Positions 1 through 12,815 of a stretch of 64,000 nt of DNA are shown here, one piece after another. Origin of the DNA: Tubulanus polymorphus (taxonomy: Eukaryota > Animalia > Nemertea); the NCBI RefSeq assembly GCF_964204645.1, contig NC_134028.1:27152345-27216344 (forward strand), given 5' to 3'. Made by a program: the position numbers and the translations under genes. The notes below the pieces were generated by a model, which saw only the letters and a list, made by a program, of their open reading frames with translations, was not told the DNA's origin and did not search any database. Numbering within the stretch: the stretch's first letter is position 1; each line of letters begins with the position of its first letter.

Positions 1-687
1 AATGAAAGTTTGACCTCAGTCACGACAGTGGAACAGTCTTTATTTCTCTTCATTCAATACATTAAAATACTCTTCATAGCTCGATGTATTAATCAAACTC
101 AGAGAGCAATGACATGTTTAGTGAGAGTATTATTCATTTCTATTTCTTTAGTAGTTGTTATAAATAAACTGTAACTATTTGAAGTAAAAGTCGATGTTTC
201 TCTATTAAACCTGTTATAGAGTAGACTATAATTATCTATTCTTGCAGTTGGAAGTTGTTCACGCGCTCTCAACTCTCATATTATTGATGTCTTTATTTGT
301 GCGTCACAGTTCATATATATATACACCACCTATACCTTCAGCGAGTAGCCAAATAGTTTTACAAACTCCTAGATTCCTTAAAAACTCCTGAACAGAAAAT
401 GCTTTTTGCCGAAACACCTTGAAAACTCCTTCAGTTTTGAGACTTAGTTGTGCGGTAAACTAGGCCTAAATCGGTACAGTTTGGACCAGGATTTATCCAA
501 TTAGTCAGTTACCAAATTAAGTATAGGATACAAATGTGCTCACAAAACCAGTGAATTACTGGTTTATGTAGATAAACAGTAACAATTTAGGAGGAGTCTA
601 CTGTGACTGGGATATGAAAGTGACGCAGACAATTCCTTGAAATCTGAAATTTTCTCCTTGAAAACTCTTTATATCGAGGAATGACTG

Positions 688-993
688 ATCTGATACCGGT
701 ATCCGATACTGGTATCTGATACCGGTATCCGATACTTGTATCTGATACCGGTATCCGATACTGGTATCTGATACCGGTATCCGATACTGGTATCTGATAC
801 CGGTATCCGATACTGGTATCTGATACCGGTATCCGATACTGGTATCTGATACCGGTATCCGATACTGGTATCTGATACCGGTATCCGATACTGGTATCTG
901 ATACCGGTATCCGATACTGGTATCTGATACCGGTATCCGATACTGGTATCTGATACCGGTATCCGATACTGGTATCTGATACCGGTATCCGAT
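688..993. repeat. 26-bp minisatellite (two 13-bp subunits, ATCTGATACCGGT-ATCCGATACTGGT), ~11.5 copies
   Basis: Direct reading; contains the palindrome GATACCGGTATC; explains the periodic ORF 669-1025. Confidence 0.95.
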
Positions 994-1886
994 GGTGTTG
1001 TGTTGTGTATTTGTTTTATTTTCACATGATTGACTCGAATGAATGTGATGTATTTTTATGTCCGTGTTGCTACGGTTACAGGAAGTGTACTGTTGTACGA
1101 TCTCAATAACGCGAGTTCAGTTTCTATCATTTTATGATCCGTGGACATTTGATGGATGGAAGTTCGACATAAATCTGATAGAAACAGTAACAAAAAAGGT
1201 TGAACCTGGAAAATTCAGGGAATCAGAAAAATGTAGAAAAAATCAGAGAGTAACTCATGGAATTTGACAAATTTTGCCAAAAAACTGGAAAACCTTGAAT
1301 TTGGATAATGATATTCAAGATACGTGTTTCTAAATCAGTGCGTGATTCATGAGAAATTGATGAATTGTAATATTTAAAACCTAGAAATTTCTCTGATGCT
1401 ATCAGGGAATTTCGTGTAATTAGTGATCTGATCACGCAGCAATTTTGATAGTACTTAGGCCTATATTCAGATCATTTGTATTTCACAGTTTGTTAGAAAG
1501 CTAGGGCTACATCTGGGTGTTAGATGTGTGGGGCATCTTGACTTGTTTATTGCTCAATAACACAGCAAATAGGTTGTTTTGAATCGCCAATAAGTCGTAC
1601 TGTAAACATGTATAACAGGATAGTTTTTAACAGTTATATTCAATGTAGTTGTTGAATTGTTTGTAATTCAGTGAACTATAGAATATCCTTTTGTAACTGA
1701 CCTCAACTACAACCTTTTACAGCGAGCTCAACCGCTTAAATAACCTTAGTAGAGTATAATTACACCCCTAGAATTGTTTGCTTAACCACTAGCTAGCCGT
1801 GTGGTTATTTGTAACTATTTCGATCATAATGAATTAATACAAAGTTAATGCGGATAAGACCCCTCTAATTACCCACCGCATCATCT

Positions 1887-2117
1887 GAGACCCCCTTAGC
1901 CTACACCCTCCGAGACCCCCTTAGCCTACACCCTCCGAGACCCCCTTAGCCTACACCCTCCGAGACCCCCTTAGCCTACACCCTCCGAGACCCCCTTTGC
2001 CTACACCCTCCGAGACCCCCTTTGCCTACACCCTGCAAGACCCCCTTAGCCTACACCATCCGAGAACCCCTTAGCCTACACCATCCGAGAACCCCTTAGC
2101 CTACACCCTGCAAGACC
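1887..2117. repeat. 25-bp minisatellite (GAGACCCCCTTAGCCTACACCCTCC), ~9 copies, in the intron upstream of the first visible NUBP1 exon
   Basis: Direct reading, period 25. Confidence 0.93.
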
Positions 2118-2240
2118 TTCCGTGCCATCCATATAACACAGCATCAATTTGATTTTATCTATCCACTTACACCGTGGAAAGCCTGTTGTTGCTGCTTTGC
2201 TGCTATTTTGTATTAACATGTTTATTAATGTGTTTTATAG

Positions 2241-4536
2241 ATAGGTGTAATGGATGTAGATATTTGTGGTCCCTCTATACCTACTGTAATGGGTGTTGAA
2301 GGTGAGCAGGTTCATCAGAGTGGTTCCGGCTGGTCTCCAGTTGTAAGTTATCACAATTATCTCTCCATAAATCTCACAAATTGCCTCGTAGATTTATTCA
2401 TCAATAATTAAACGAAGCCTTTGGTTTAAAATCATCAGATGTCACTTGAAAGTGTGCAGAATTTTAGGATGTTTGTTCTTTGTTGAAAACCTATCGAATA
2501 AACCTTAACTAGGACAAACTAGGACAAACTAGGATAGGTGAAATTGGTGTGAGGCAAATGAAGTTCGAGTGGATAGGAAAATAGAAGTAAAAAAAATGAT
2601 TTTGTTTTTGGCCCGGTCTAAATGTAGGTCATGTCCTGGTGAGGCGAGGAAGGTATCGGAAGTTTTTGTTTCGATGATTAAGGTATGATTTGATGTTGTG
2701 TTTTTATAGTATATTGATGATAACTTATCGATGATGTCAGTTGGATTCCTGCTCGCTAATCCTGATGATGCTGTCATTTGGAGAGGACCAAAAAAGAATG
2801 GTAAGTTTATTTGATTGCTCTGATAATGATACAATCTGACTGACGGATTAACTCACAATTTACTCGTAGATGAGTGACTAGTGTAAGACCAGTCCCCGGG
2901 GTGGCCCGAAAGGGTAGTTCATTAGCACCCTTAACACTCCCCCTCGGGAACACCCCCGATGCATTCTGTAATTCTTTTTCGTCGTTCTAATTTTCTAGGT
3001 TTGATTAAACAGTTTTTAAAGGATGTTGATTGGGGTGATTTAGATTATTTAGTTATTGATACGCCTCCCGGTACATCAGATGAACATCTATCACTCGTAC
3101 AGTATCTCAGTTCAACACATGTAGATGGCGCTGTTGTTATTACTACACCGCAGGTACCTCCTCAGCACAGTATCTATTTCATCAAATCACAGCCACGTTT
3201 TTGGCCCGTTAAACACAAGTGTCAAACGGGTCCGTGCCCGTTCCGTGCCCGTTAAACCCGGGCTAAATTTTTTGAGCATTGATTGAGTATTTTGACGTAT
3301 TTGTTTTTGTTTTCACGCAGGAAGTTGCTTTACTTGACGTACGAAAAGAAATCAATTTTTGCCGCAAAGTGAATTTACCGATAATCGGAGTCGTTGAAAA
3401 TATGAGTGGATTCGTCTGTCCGAATTGTAAGGTAACAATTTGATCTTCCTGGCCCCAGCAGTTTTCGAACCAGTTCCTCGGCGATGCGTCCAAAAGTTGA
3501 CTGAAGTAAATGAACTATTGTTAAAACTCAAAAAGATGATCACCTAAAACAAGTGAACTGGATCCTGTTTAATTTGTGTTGGATGAATTTATTTCCTCTG
3601 ATGTTTTTAATTTGTAGAATGAATCGCAGATATTTCCACCGACTACGGGTGGAGCGCAAAAGATGGCCGATGATTTAGATATTCAATTCTTGGGACGTCT
3701 TCCGCTTGACCCTAGAATAGGTAACATAGTTAATATAAATAGCGGAGTTTAAAGCCGTCGGACTTAGGTGAAAGCCAGCATATTTTTGTCTTAGTTGAAT
3801 TCGCGCAACAAAACACAAAAATCTGTCAGTTGAAATTGAGTCCAGAAACTTAGAGGATTTAACCTGCAAAATAAGCACTGATCTAACCTTAGCCTGTACT
3901 CAACTCTTCCATAAAGACATTACACATTCCAAATTTTCTCTGTCAGTCAGACTCGGTAAAAACCTTGTATATATTTCCAAATCGTCTCCGTTTTGCAGGA
4001 AAATGTTGCGATGAAGGGAAATCATTTCTCGCCGAGGTTCCAGACTCACCTGCCGCAGTCGCCTATACTCAAATCATTGAAAGTAAGTAGTTTGAGTTAG
4101 TACCACTGTTCAATATAGTGGCAGCACTGTCTCTTTTAGAAAATGTACGAGTTTTTTGATGCCATAAAAACCGTTAGAATAATGTTTATAAACATTGATA
4201 ACTACTATGCATTATTTAAGGGGTTCTCTGCGAGTCATTGGTATCTCAAAGTACATGTAACAATTTATTGTAAAATTAGTGAATCATGGAGTTTATTTTG
4301 TAATTAAATATATTACACGTCATTGTTACTGGCTAATTCAATTCATTCAAATTCAAAATAACTTTATTGAGTCACATATATTTATATCATATATATTGTT
4401 GACATTGTTAAGTAATAATGTAACTTTTGAAGGCGTCAATAAATGTTCAAATTGCGAATTCTTTTCAGAAATAATGAATCATTGCGAACAGAAATTGGTA
4501 GAACGTGAAACTGGCGAAACTATGGATACAACTTGA
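2241..4536 (+). CDS. NUBP1: Cytosolic Fe-S cluster assembly factor NUBP1 (Nbp35), 3' seven coding exons; 5' exons not found in the window
   Basis: GT-AG exons 2241-2342, 2710-2800, 2999-3153, 3321-3431, 3618-3720, 3999-4082, 4469-4536 splice in frame to [14 protein letters not shown]...[119 protein letters not shown]. These are Mrp/NBP35 ATPase motifs with CPxC; [10 protein letters not shown] matches NUBP1 rather than NUBP2. Confidence 0.96.
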
Positions 4537-4920
4537 CACTAATTACAACGGCCTTGACCTGAAGGGCAGATCCCGCACCTGTCGCTATCTGTGATTTATT
4601 TATGATTAATGATCAATGATCAAGAATATGTGTGAATATATATTATACAAATGTGTATTGATTGATAGAAGTTTCGATTCTAGTTACGCAGGATATCCAC
4701 AATCAAATGGCCATCCTCACTCGCCAAGGTTTGGTTTCCTCCTGCCAAATACAAGCAAGGCTGGCTGATTGACGAGTTCAATTTTATAATCAGTTTCATT
4801 TGTGGAAAATTTTACCAGGATCCGATGCCACATTTGTGAGTTCGAGTTAACTCTAAGTTAGAATTAGTTCATTTTCAATGAGTTAAATCTTAATTCACAA
4901 CTGTGAGTCCGGGCTACGCG

Positions 4921-5000
4921 AGTCAGTCAGTCGGTCAGCCAGCCCCCAGTAAGTCAGCTAGCCAGCTAGTCAGTCAGCCAGCCTGCCAGTCAGTCAGTCC
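4921..5000. repeat. Degenerate (AGTC/AGCC)n microsatellite
   Basis: Direct reading. Confidence 0.75.
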
Positions 5001-5213
5001 TTCTAATGCTGATTGGGTGACTAGAGTGAAAGTCCTTTACAATGTAGGGACCAATGAAAACCATATTTTTGGCGATATGTAGAAAGGAATTTCAATTGAA
5101 TTCAAGTTAGATTGATCCGTTCTCTGATAAAATGGTAAGTGTGAAGTGAGCATTAAAAAGGATGACAGAATTATAACGGACTTTGACTGTAGTTTATATC
5201 TAAATCACAATAC

Positions 5214-5280
5214 ATGCTGGATGAAGCCGGATGATACTGGATGAAGCCGGATGATGCTGGATGATACTGGATGAAGCCGA
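5214..5280. repeat. Short 10-bp-period tandem repeat (CTGGATGAAG/CCGGATGATA)
   Basis: Direct reading. Confidence 0.75.
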
Positions 5281-5420
5281 CCAGTGAGAAAACTTGACCA
5301 GGCGAATAACACTAATAAACATGTTCAAAATTAACATTGAAAATCTTTATTTAAAAAAATCTTTAACAAATAAAAACATTTTGCCCTGATTTAAAACTAC
5401 TGTACGACCACTGATTGTAT

Positions 5421-8200
5421 TCATCCTGTTTCTAAACTAGGCAACATTTTCTTATCCGGCGGTAAATACCTGAAAATTAATGTATTTCAGAAGAATTAGT
5501 TTATAGTTTGACAGTAGATTGCGATTCCCTCAGATGATCGCATGGCCCGCCTGCCCTCCCGGACTGACTCTGCTTGCCATTGCAATCATATCACATTTGA
5601 GCTTCATTGACAAGTGCAGAGTCTACTTCAACACTTACCGTTCAGCAGCTTGTTTAGAATCGATGATCTCTTTACTGTAAAACTGATACAATAAACCGCT
5701 GTCCAATAGATATTTATTATGATCTAAAAACTGTTCGAATGTCGAGTTGTCGGAATCACAGCGGTATAAAGCATCGGTGATCATATGAATGAAGAACTGA
5801 GTCACTGTTTCATGATAACCTCGACTTATCTAGGAAATAAAACATCGACTTATCTGAGCACAGGGCACAGTGATATCTGGAAAACACTGTTTTGACTCAG
5901 GGGGGGGGGGGGAATGTAGTGAATTTGATAAATCTCAGGAAAATAGGGAAATGGAGTTTATTCAAAGTTGTTAGTTCAATTTCTTCGAGTCTAGAATTCT
6001 GAGATTTCTTACCTTGTCTTTATTTTCTTCATTATAATTTTTGATGCCTTTTCTACAAAATTCAATTCAGAATTATTTCAAAATGTTTAACAGTAAACTT
6101 CAGCTAACTCGGACAAATACGGATCGGTGAAATTAGTCCGAAGCAAGTGAAGAGTTAGAGATTGGAGAAAATACGTAATGAACTCAGAAAAATGATTTCG
6201 TTCTTGTTTGATTTAGAGTTGACCATTGTGCGAGTAAGTATAAGTATAAGAGGCCATTCATAGAATATATATATGTATAAACTGTTTCTTTCTTTCTGAT
6301 GATGAACTGATGATAGACTTACATGATGATAGGAACTGCTTTGTAATGACCGTGAATTCTGATATAATTCCAAGCCATACGAATATGTGCGATGTGAGTC
6401 CAGTCTTCAAACGGAAGAGTTTTATCTTCAAACGCTTTCATGAACATATCATCACTAACTGTTCTATAAGATCTATAATAAACAGGAATTTATCATCACT
6501 GACCATTCTAGATCACATATTCCATCGCAAGACTCAACCACAGCACGAAACCCTGCCTCACTAGACCGGGTGCGCAGGTAATTATGCTGGCTAAATCTGG
6601 GCAGGGTTTAATGCCATGAACAGATACTGGGCACACAGGCAGGGTTTAATGCCATGAACAGATACTGGGCACACAGGCAGGGTTTAATGCCATGAACAGA
6701 TACTGGGCACACAGGCAGGGTTTAATGCCATGAACAGAAACTGGGTAATACCTGGAATAATAGAGTAATGGTTGTTTTTGTTTTGTATTGTGACAGTCTT
6801 CAACCTCTCCGTACCAAACGTAATGATCACCGATATTGTGAACGGAGTGAGCTTTACATAACAATACAGCATTGACATCTTCTAAAACTGGTAAATCCTG
6901 TCATATAAAAACACACTGTTTAAACAATTATAAAGTAAATACAGCTCCAGTTTTCAAAAGACAATTTAAATTAAACGGTTATCTCTGAGTTTATTAGGTA
7001 TCTTTCGATTAACTATTTACCTCCAATTTAACAGTGAGGCCTATCTCTATAATTCAATTATATTTACCTTATCTGATATATAATGTGGTGTATTCAGAAA
7101 TTGATCTTTTTGATCGTCAGTCGGTTGAGAGAAATGAACTCCATATTTCACCTGATCACTTGATAGAATATGAACGGCGAAATATTCCTTTTCTAGAATC
7201 AAATCATGCATACGACTGAAACACAATCAAACAATCAATCAATCAAATCAATCAATCGAATCAATCTGCAGCAGGGCATGTATTCAACAGAACTGAGTTA
7301 AAACTAACCTAGGTTTATTCATACAGAATGAGATAAGCGGTGGATTTAAAGATACTCCTGTAAATGATCCACACGTTATTCCACGTTTAAACAGTAATCC
7401 ATCCGGTTTACGTTTCGCCGTTGTCACGACAACCACCGGAAACGGGACTTTACTCATTGTATCTCGATAGGTTTTATAGAACTCATCGTCGCCGCCCCGG
7501 TTCAGAGCTGATTTCTCGATCTCAAATATTTTCTGTTTCACTAGAAAAGGATAATTAGTTAACTAGAAAACAATTTCAGTTAACCACCTGTCCCTCCCTG
7601 CCACGAGTCACAGACACAGGTCTGGTCAGTACCCTGTCTGTGGTTTAGTTTCACGATCAGATATTTTTTCACTATAAGCCCATCCAATTATAAAAAACTT
7701 ACCCACTTACGATTAATAATAGGTAAGAAGTAACTAAGCTCTATCAACTTGGCATCTCAGTCAGAATATGTGTTATCACCGAAGGTTAAAGACTAATTAT
7801 TCATTAGCTAGGCTTAATCTTTTTTTAAATGACCATGAAATTGACTTTTTTGGCGCCCGACATCGCCTCAAGCCACAGGGGCTCGTCACAATTTGATAAT
7901 GAATGGATGATACCAGTATCCCTGCATAAAAAAGAAACAGGGATACTACTGGTATCATCTATTCATCAAATTGTGACAAGCCCCTGTGCCTCAAGCCAAG
8001 TTGAAGACATTATAGATTGATAACGAAAGGTAAACGAACAGACTAGCCTACGTACAGTCGATATACGAAGATATACAATTAGTTTAAGATGTATGACGTC
8101 ACTAACCAGTTGGAGGAGAACACAAATAGCGTATCGATGATGTATTTGATGAGAACCAGCTTCCCCAGCATTTTGATGATAAACGCCGCAATAAACTCAT
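5421..8200 (-). CDS. Flavin reductase-like domain protein fused to an uncharacterised C-terminal WTHxAH/GYHET domain, with putative mitochondrial presequence (349 aa, 8 exons)
   Basis: GT-AG exons 8107-8200, 7309-7540, 7068-7215, 6752-6897, 6323-6472, 6013-6052, 5639-5829, 5421-5469 total 1050 nt in one open frame: MSLLRRLSSKCWGSWFSS...YRDTMSKVPFPVVVVTT..RGITCGSFTGVSLNPPLISFC..FAVHILSSDQ..GDHYVWYGEV..PLLYYSRSY (HpaC/RutF-type flavin reductase motifs), then FEDKTLPFEDWTHIAHIRMAW..GYHETVTQFF..YLPPDKKMLPSLETG*. AATAAA on the minus strand at 5347-5352. Confidence 0.9.
6540..6580. mobile_element. Solo terminal fragment of the CACAG-ended MITE family seen at 21912-22110
   Basis: CACAGCACGAAACCCTGCCTCACTAGACCGGGTGCGCAGGTA closely matches the reverse complement of the right TIR ending at 22110. 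Confidence 0.7.
6596..6745. repeat. 38-bp intronic minisatellite (GGCAGGGTTTAATGCCATGAACAGATACTGGGCACACA), ~4 copies
   Basis: Direct reading; lies in intron 4 of the flavin reductase gene. Confidence 0.92.
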
Positions 8201-11200
8201 AATTCTGATCAAAATACAGCTGACTATAGTTTCGACGAACACGTCAGGTCTCGGCGACACTTCCTGGCAGGTGCATCAGGTCTCATTTAAAACACTACTT
8301 AGCCCTGAAATACTTGTGAACCGATGAACAAAGATCTATTAACTTAAATACACAAATTTATAAATACTTATTCAGATAACTTCTTTTTCAAATTACTACC
8401 TAACTCAAATTATATTCTGGGTAACTAATTTAACTCAAAATCTTCTAGATGTTCAACGTTTCAGGATAGACTGGTTGCCGGTCTCTACCTTCAGCTATTC
8501 TGACTGTCGCTGAGTTTAGCATAGACCAGTATTTCTTAGGGTTACTAATTTCACATTCTCTTAATTCTTTGATAAAGTTTTCTTTCTGTCTTCTTTTAGA
8601 TTCTCGAATATTTTTTTTATATTTCCTCGACGAGTTCTTTAAAAATTCTAAGTTGACTGCGAATGCAAGTGGCGCAGAATTGCACAGGCGACCAGTCTAT
8701 TCAGCAGGCCAACACTAGGATAATTACGTTTATTCACCAGGCCAACACTGGGATAACTACGTTTAGCTGCGTTTAACCACGAGTGGCAATCACGTGCTCA
8801 CTGATTGCGATGCGGGAAGTAAAACCGTCATTATATAAAAAGTATAAATCTTATTAAACCCTAAAATAAACCATTACTATCGATGTAGATGGGGTATTTA
8901 ACCCGGCGGCCACCCTGGATGTTAGCTGGGTGTCTTCTCTGAGGTTTTTATGTTTATTTTAGGATGTTGCGCTACAAAACACTGGAGTCATCGCGAAGTT
9001 TAAGAAGAAATTATTTTTAGCAATGAAGTGACCAAGCGATCATTCAATTCATTTAGATCTTGTCAGTGTAGCATTTCGATGTGTTCCCAACTTTAAGTGT
9101 GAACCCTGGAACTAAATTGTAGAGGATAAATTGATCAATTAACCGTGAGGTCTTGTATGGAAAAAGATTTTAACATGAACATTCTTGGCACTCAAATCAT
9201 TTTGAATCTTGTTGAATCTGTTTTTTTTTTTTAATCATTTCAACTTTAACATCTCACTAGAGTTTTGTTTATTCTACTCAAAAGGAGGTGATGTTTAGAT
9301 CAGGTTCGTTTAGTTACTCTTATTTATATCGACTATTTGATATGATATTTGTGAATTGCTCTAATGATGTTATAATAAATGATTGATTTATTTTCAGTCG
9401 AGGATCTCAATTACTGAAACCCGCGACGCCTTTACCTTGTTAAATGAATGAATCATCGATTCTAAATCACTGTGTTGGGATGTCCCAGCTTCGAACCCAG
9501 GATTCTGATCAGATGATGAACCAAGGTGTCCAACTACTTCACATTAGTAACTACATGTTCGCCACCTATTGGAATTTTGCTGAACCACTAAATTACTGGA
9601 ATAGCTAATAGAGACGATTGGCATAAGTTATATATCGCAGGCGCCATCTATCGGAAATTTGAGTTGTGAACTTCTTTTGATATGAACATATTTTATCACA
9701 ATAAGCCCCCAGGGACTGGCAGTGAAGTTAACCATCAGTACTGAGATGATTTTGGGGTAGAACCAGTGTCTCAAGTAAACTTTGCATCATTCAAAAACTA
9801 CTCAACCAATAAAAACAAACTACAAACCAAATTTGAGAATATACATGGCTTCATTTCTTAATGATTGTTGTTTGTTTTGACTGGTGCGTTGTCATGGTTA
9901 TGGCAAGGTGAATTTCTGGGAAAATAGTAATTCCTCAAAACAGAGCCAAATTTCATACTGAAATGAATAACTACACTTATTTTCATTGATATGATAACAA
10001 AATGAATTTATTTGAGCAAAATATTTCATAGAAATATAAAAGTTGACCTCGAATGATGATACTGGAGGCTGTAATGTTGAGTCCGGCTGACCCCTAGATA
10101 CTTCAGACCTCACAGATGATAATGAAAACTGTCATGAAAATTGTGTTCTCCTCTTCTTCAGAATCAAGCTATAAATTAAGAAAAGATATTTGCATTATTT
10201 ACTTAAAAGTGTCATTATTGCTTAGGCTACATTCTGCTTTCATCAATATCAATATCTATAAGCCTATGTGCCCCTAGAGGAACCTTATCTATTTTCTGAA
10301 TTGATAATCAATGGAGTTTCAATGCACCTTATTTCTTATGCATCATCTATGGGAAATATAGAATGAAATGTATTCAATGAAGTAAACTCTTGTGTCTGTG
10401 ATTTGAACTCTGTAACTTGCCATTGGCTGTTGAAAGAGAGGATTTTTCCCGGGTTCCAGCGTCCGCATATTTGACACCAAATCTCACAAAATTTTCTTTC
10501 CATACAAAAACTAACTCATTTTTACTATAGAATCAATCTTATATAGGTCTATATAGTGTTAATGGAAATAAATAGAAACATATTAATAAAGAGACGATTA
10601 TTTCTTGATATTAGTGTCTGATGGTGTATGGTCTTCTGGTCTCTTCTTTTCCCTGGTTTAGGATAACACGGACACGCAGCAGGAAAACTGGAATAATCAT
10701 TTGTCATATCCCAAACACCCCGTCCCCAGACGCGCATCCGCATGTGGTATAAGTCAAACCTCGGACTACATTAATCGCTACCTGGGTTCAAGTTGACATG
10801 TTTGATTGAGTTTGGACACTTATTCGATCAGTAACTTGTGAGCCTTTATTTCGCTTCTCTTGCCCCCATCCCTAATCAGTACATGGCGCCTAATCGTATA
10901 TCAAAGGAGTCTCATCTACGAACCTGTTCGTTGTACGTTCGTCGCCCGATAGAATCGAGAGAATTTTGCCCTCCATATGATTTCTACATAATGATATGCT
11001 GCAGTCACATGTATCATATTATCTCGTGCGCAACGCCGTCTCTATAATGATATCACAAACATAGACCCGTCCAGTGAGAGGGTAGTCGCATCTTCAAGTT
11101 CCTTTTTTACAGATATCATTAAAAACGGCGATAAACCTTTATAAACACCCCTAAAACCACAATCAGTAAAGTATCGAGGATGAAACTATCCCCGGAACGA

Positions 11201-11229
11201 TATTTCAAGATATATGTAACAAATGGACC

Positions 11230-11520
11230 CATCCCGCATCCCGCTGTCGCAATAGCTCATCCCCCTATTGTTACAACACAATAGAACACGCCACAATTGA
11301 AATATCCCGCGCACTAGCAATAGACGATATCCCCCAATTGAGATCGATTAGCCAATCAGCGGCCGCGTACTGAAGCGTGCCTGGGCTTGTCGCAGGCGCC
11401 GGGAAATTCGATTTCATCGAATAAATCGTAATATCAATCGAATCGTGCGCCATCTTTCGCTATTCTGATTGGATTTTACTCGGAAAGGAATTAATCCAAT
11501 CGGGAATCGTATGTTCATTA
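11230..11520. promoter_or_regulatory. CpG-rich promoter/enhancer-like island with three CCAAT boxes and a YY1-type CGCCATCTT motif
   Basis: AGCCAATCAG (~11350), CTGATTGG (~11465), ATCCAATC (~11493), CGCCATCTT (~11448); locally high CpG in an AT-rich background. No linked CDS identified. Confidence 0.4.
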
Positions 11521-12256
11521 CGGAGAAATTGTTTTTGGAAAGTTTTAAGATTGTATGAACTGAAAAAATTGGAACATTTTCAACCGAATTTTGATAGAAA
11601 CTTTCGCCTGAAAACTAGATTTTGTGAACGTTTAAAGACTTGGACACGGAATTAAATTGACTCAGGATTGGATTAACTATGAAATAACTGGATCAGGTCG
11701 GAAACTGGTGAAAAGTTGCAGTTTTGTAGGTAGGAAAAATTTCTTAATATCAACGAATGTAATCATGTTATTTAGGTTTTTATAGGGAAATATATTATTA
11801 TCATTATAGGAAGTTTACAAATATCTTAAACATTCAGAACGTAGGATATAGAACTTCACTACCCGAATTATATACGTAATCTAGTATATAGTTCGTTGAT
11901 ACGTTTCCAAAACTTTCAGCCGTTTATTTTTCTTACCGATTCTAAATACCCCTCCTTTTCAAATGGGCTAGATATAATATTTATATTTTGTTTTTATGCG
12001 TGACTCTTGCATGAAACTTATTTTTCTTAAGTCACTTGAACGTGATGATGTTGAGCAGCAGGGCTTTCAAAATATAAGTTGCGGCTATGTCAGCCGTCGC
12101 ATCCCACTCTAGTAAGAATCCTGCGACGGCTATGAAATACCTCGTCTGAGGAATACAGATTTTTCGTAAGTCAAATTTCATTCATCACTCAACACTAGTT
12201 TGTTAGAAATTAATAACTGTACCATCATTAGAGCTTTATATAAGGAGAGTAAATGG

Positions 12257-12467
12257 TATGATAGAATCTCCCTAATTCCGATCATTGGGACCAACAAAAT
12301 TCATCCGTTTTACGGCAAATTCGGATTAAATTCATTTTCATTCATTTTCGTGTATAATTAATGATTAAATGATTAAATTTAATGATTAAATTGACTGTAA
12401 ATATTATCCGGATTAGACCAAAATTCGGATTAAGCCGATGCGGATTAAACGATTTAGTTTGACTGTA
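12257..12467. mobile_element. Degenerate pogo/Tigger-like MITE remnant, one per unit
   Basis: Ends TTTGACTG-TA with repeated internal CGGATTA motifs; left end degenerate; right terminus deleted in units 4 and 5. Family call is from resemblance only. Confidence 0.4.
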
Positions 12468-12712
12468 TTAGCCAATAGAATCAGTCTTGGAATACAGAAA
12501 GACGTTCACGATTGAGTTATGTACAAATACCGATATGAGAAAAGCTTAGATTCACCTCCTAAGCCATCGCCCATGGAAATGGCCCCAGGGCACTAAAAAG
12601 GCAATTACCAAGAAACAAACACTGACGAGTGTTGGCCTGTTTAATAAACGCAGTAACCCTTGGCCTTGTACCACACTGACCACACGTATTCACAAACTTA
12701 GTCAGCTACCAG

Positions 12713-12785
12713 AACTCAGCGGTCTAGTGGTTGGCGTGCTCGGCTGGCATGCTGGAGTTCGCAGGTTCGAGTCCTGCTAGGGTTA
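12713..12785 (+). pseudogene. tRNA-like sequence (Ala-like, GGC at anticodon position; SINE head or pseudo-tRNA), unit 1
   Basis: 73 nt; A-box-like CGGTCTAGTGG, B box GGTTCGAGTCC, perfect T arm GCAGG-TTCGAGT-CCTGC, acceptor AACTCAG/TAGGGTT (6/7 pairs incl. G-U); anticodon stem poorly paired (3/5) and C at position 8, so unlikely to be a working tRNA. Confidence 0.65.
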
Positions 12786-12815
12786 GGGTTACGGTCGATC
12801 TAGGGTTAGGGTTAG
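12778..12815 (+). repeat. Short interstitial TTAGGG-type repeats, one block per unit
   Basis: TAGGGTTAGGGTTACGGTCGATCTAGGGTTAGGGTTAG; also at ~23493, ~34421, ~44895, ~55414. Confidence 0.85.

Noticed and set aside
669-1025. 118-aa repetitive ORF
   Set aside because: Translation of the 26-bp minisatellite; the 26-aa period equals three DNA units.
8860-8963. 12-bp inverted repeat CCTAAAATAAAC/GTTTATTTTAGG as a MITE
   Set aside because: Single occurrence, short AT-rich arms and no TSD; insufficient support.
12713-12785. Functional tRNA-Ala(GGC) gene
   Set aside because: Anticodon stem has two mismatches, position 8 is C, and eukaryotes normally decode GCY codons with tRNA-Ala(AGC/IGC).
12778-12815. 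Telomerase RNA template (CTAACCCTAAC on the minus strand) or a true telomere
   Set aside because: Two short blocks in a multicopy unit, antisense to the Pol III boxes, with no pseudoknot or H/ACA domain evident; far too short for a telomere.
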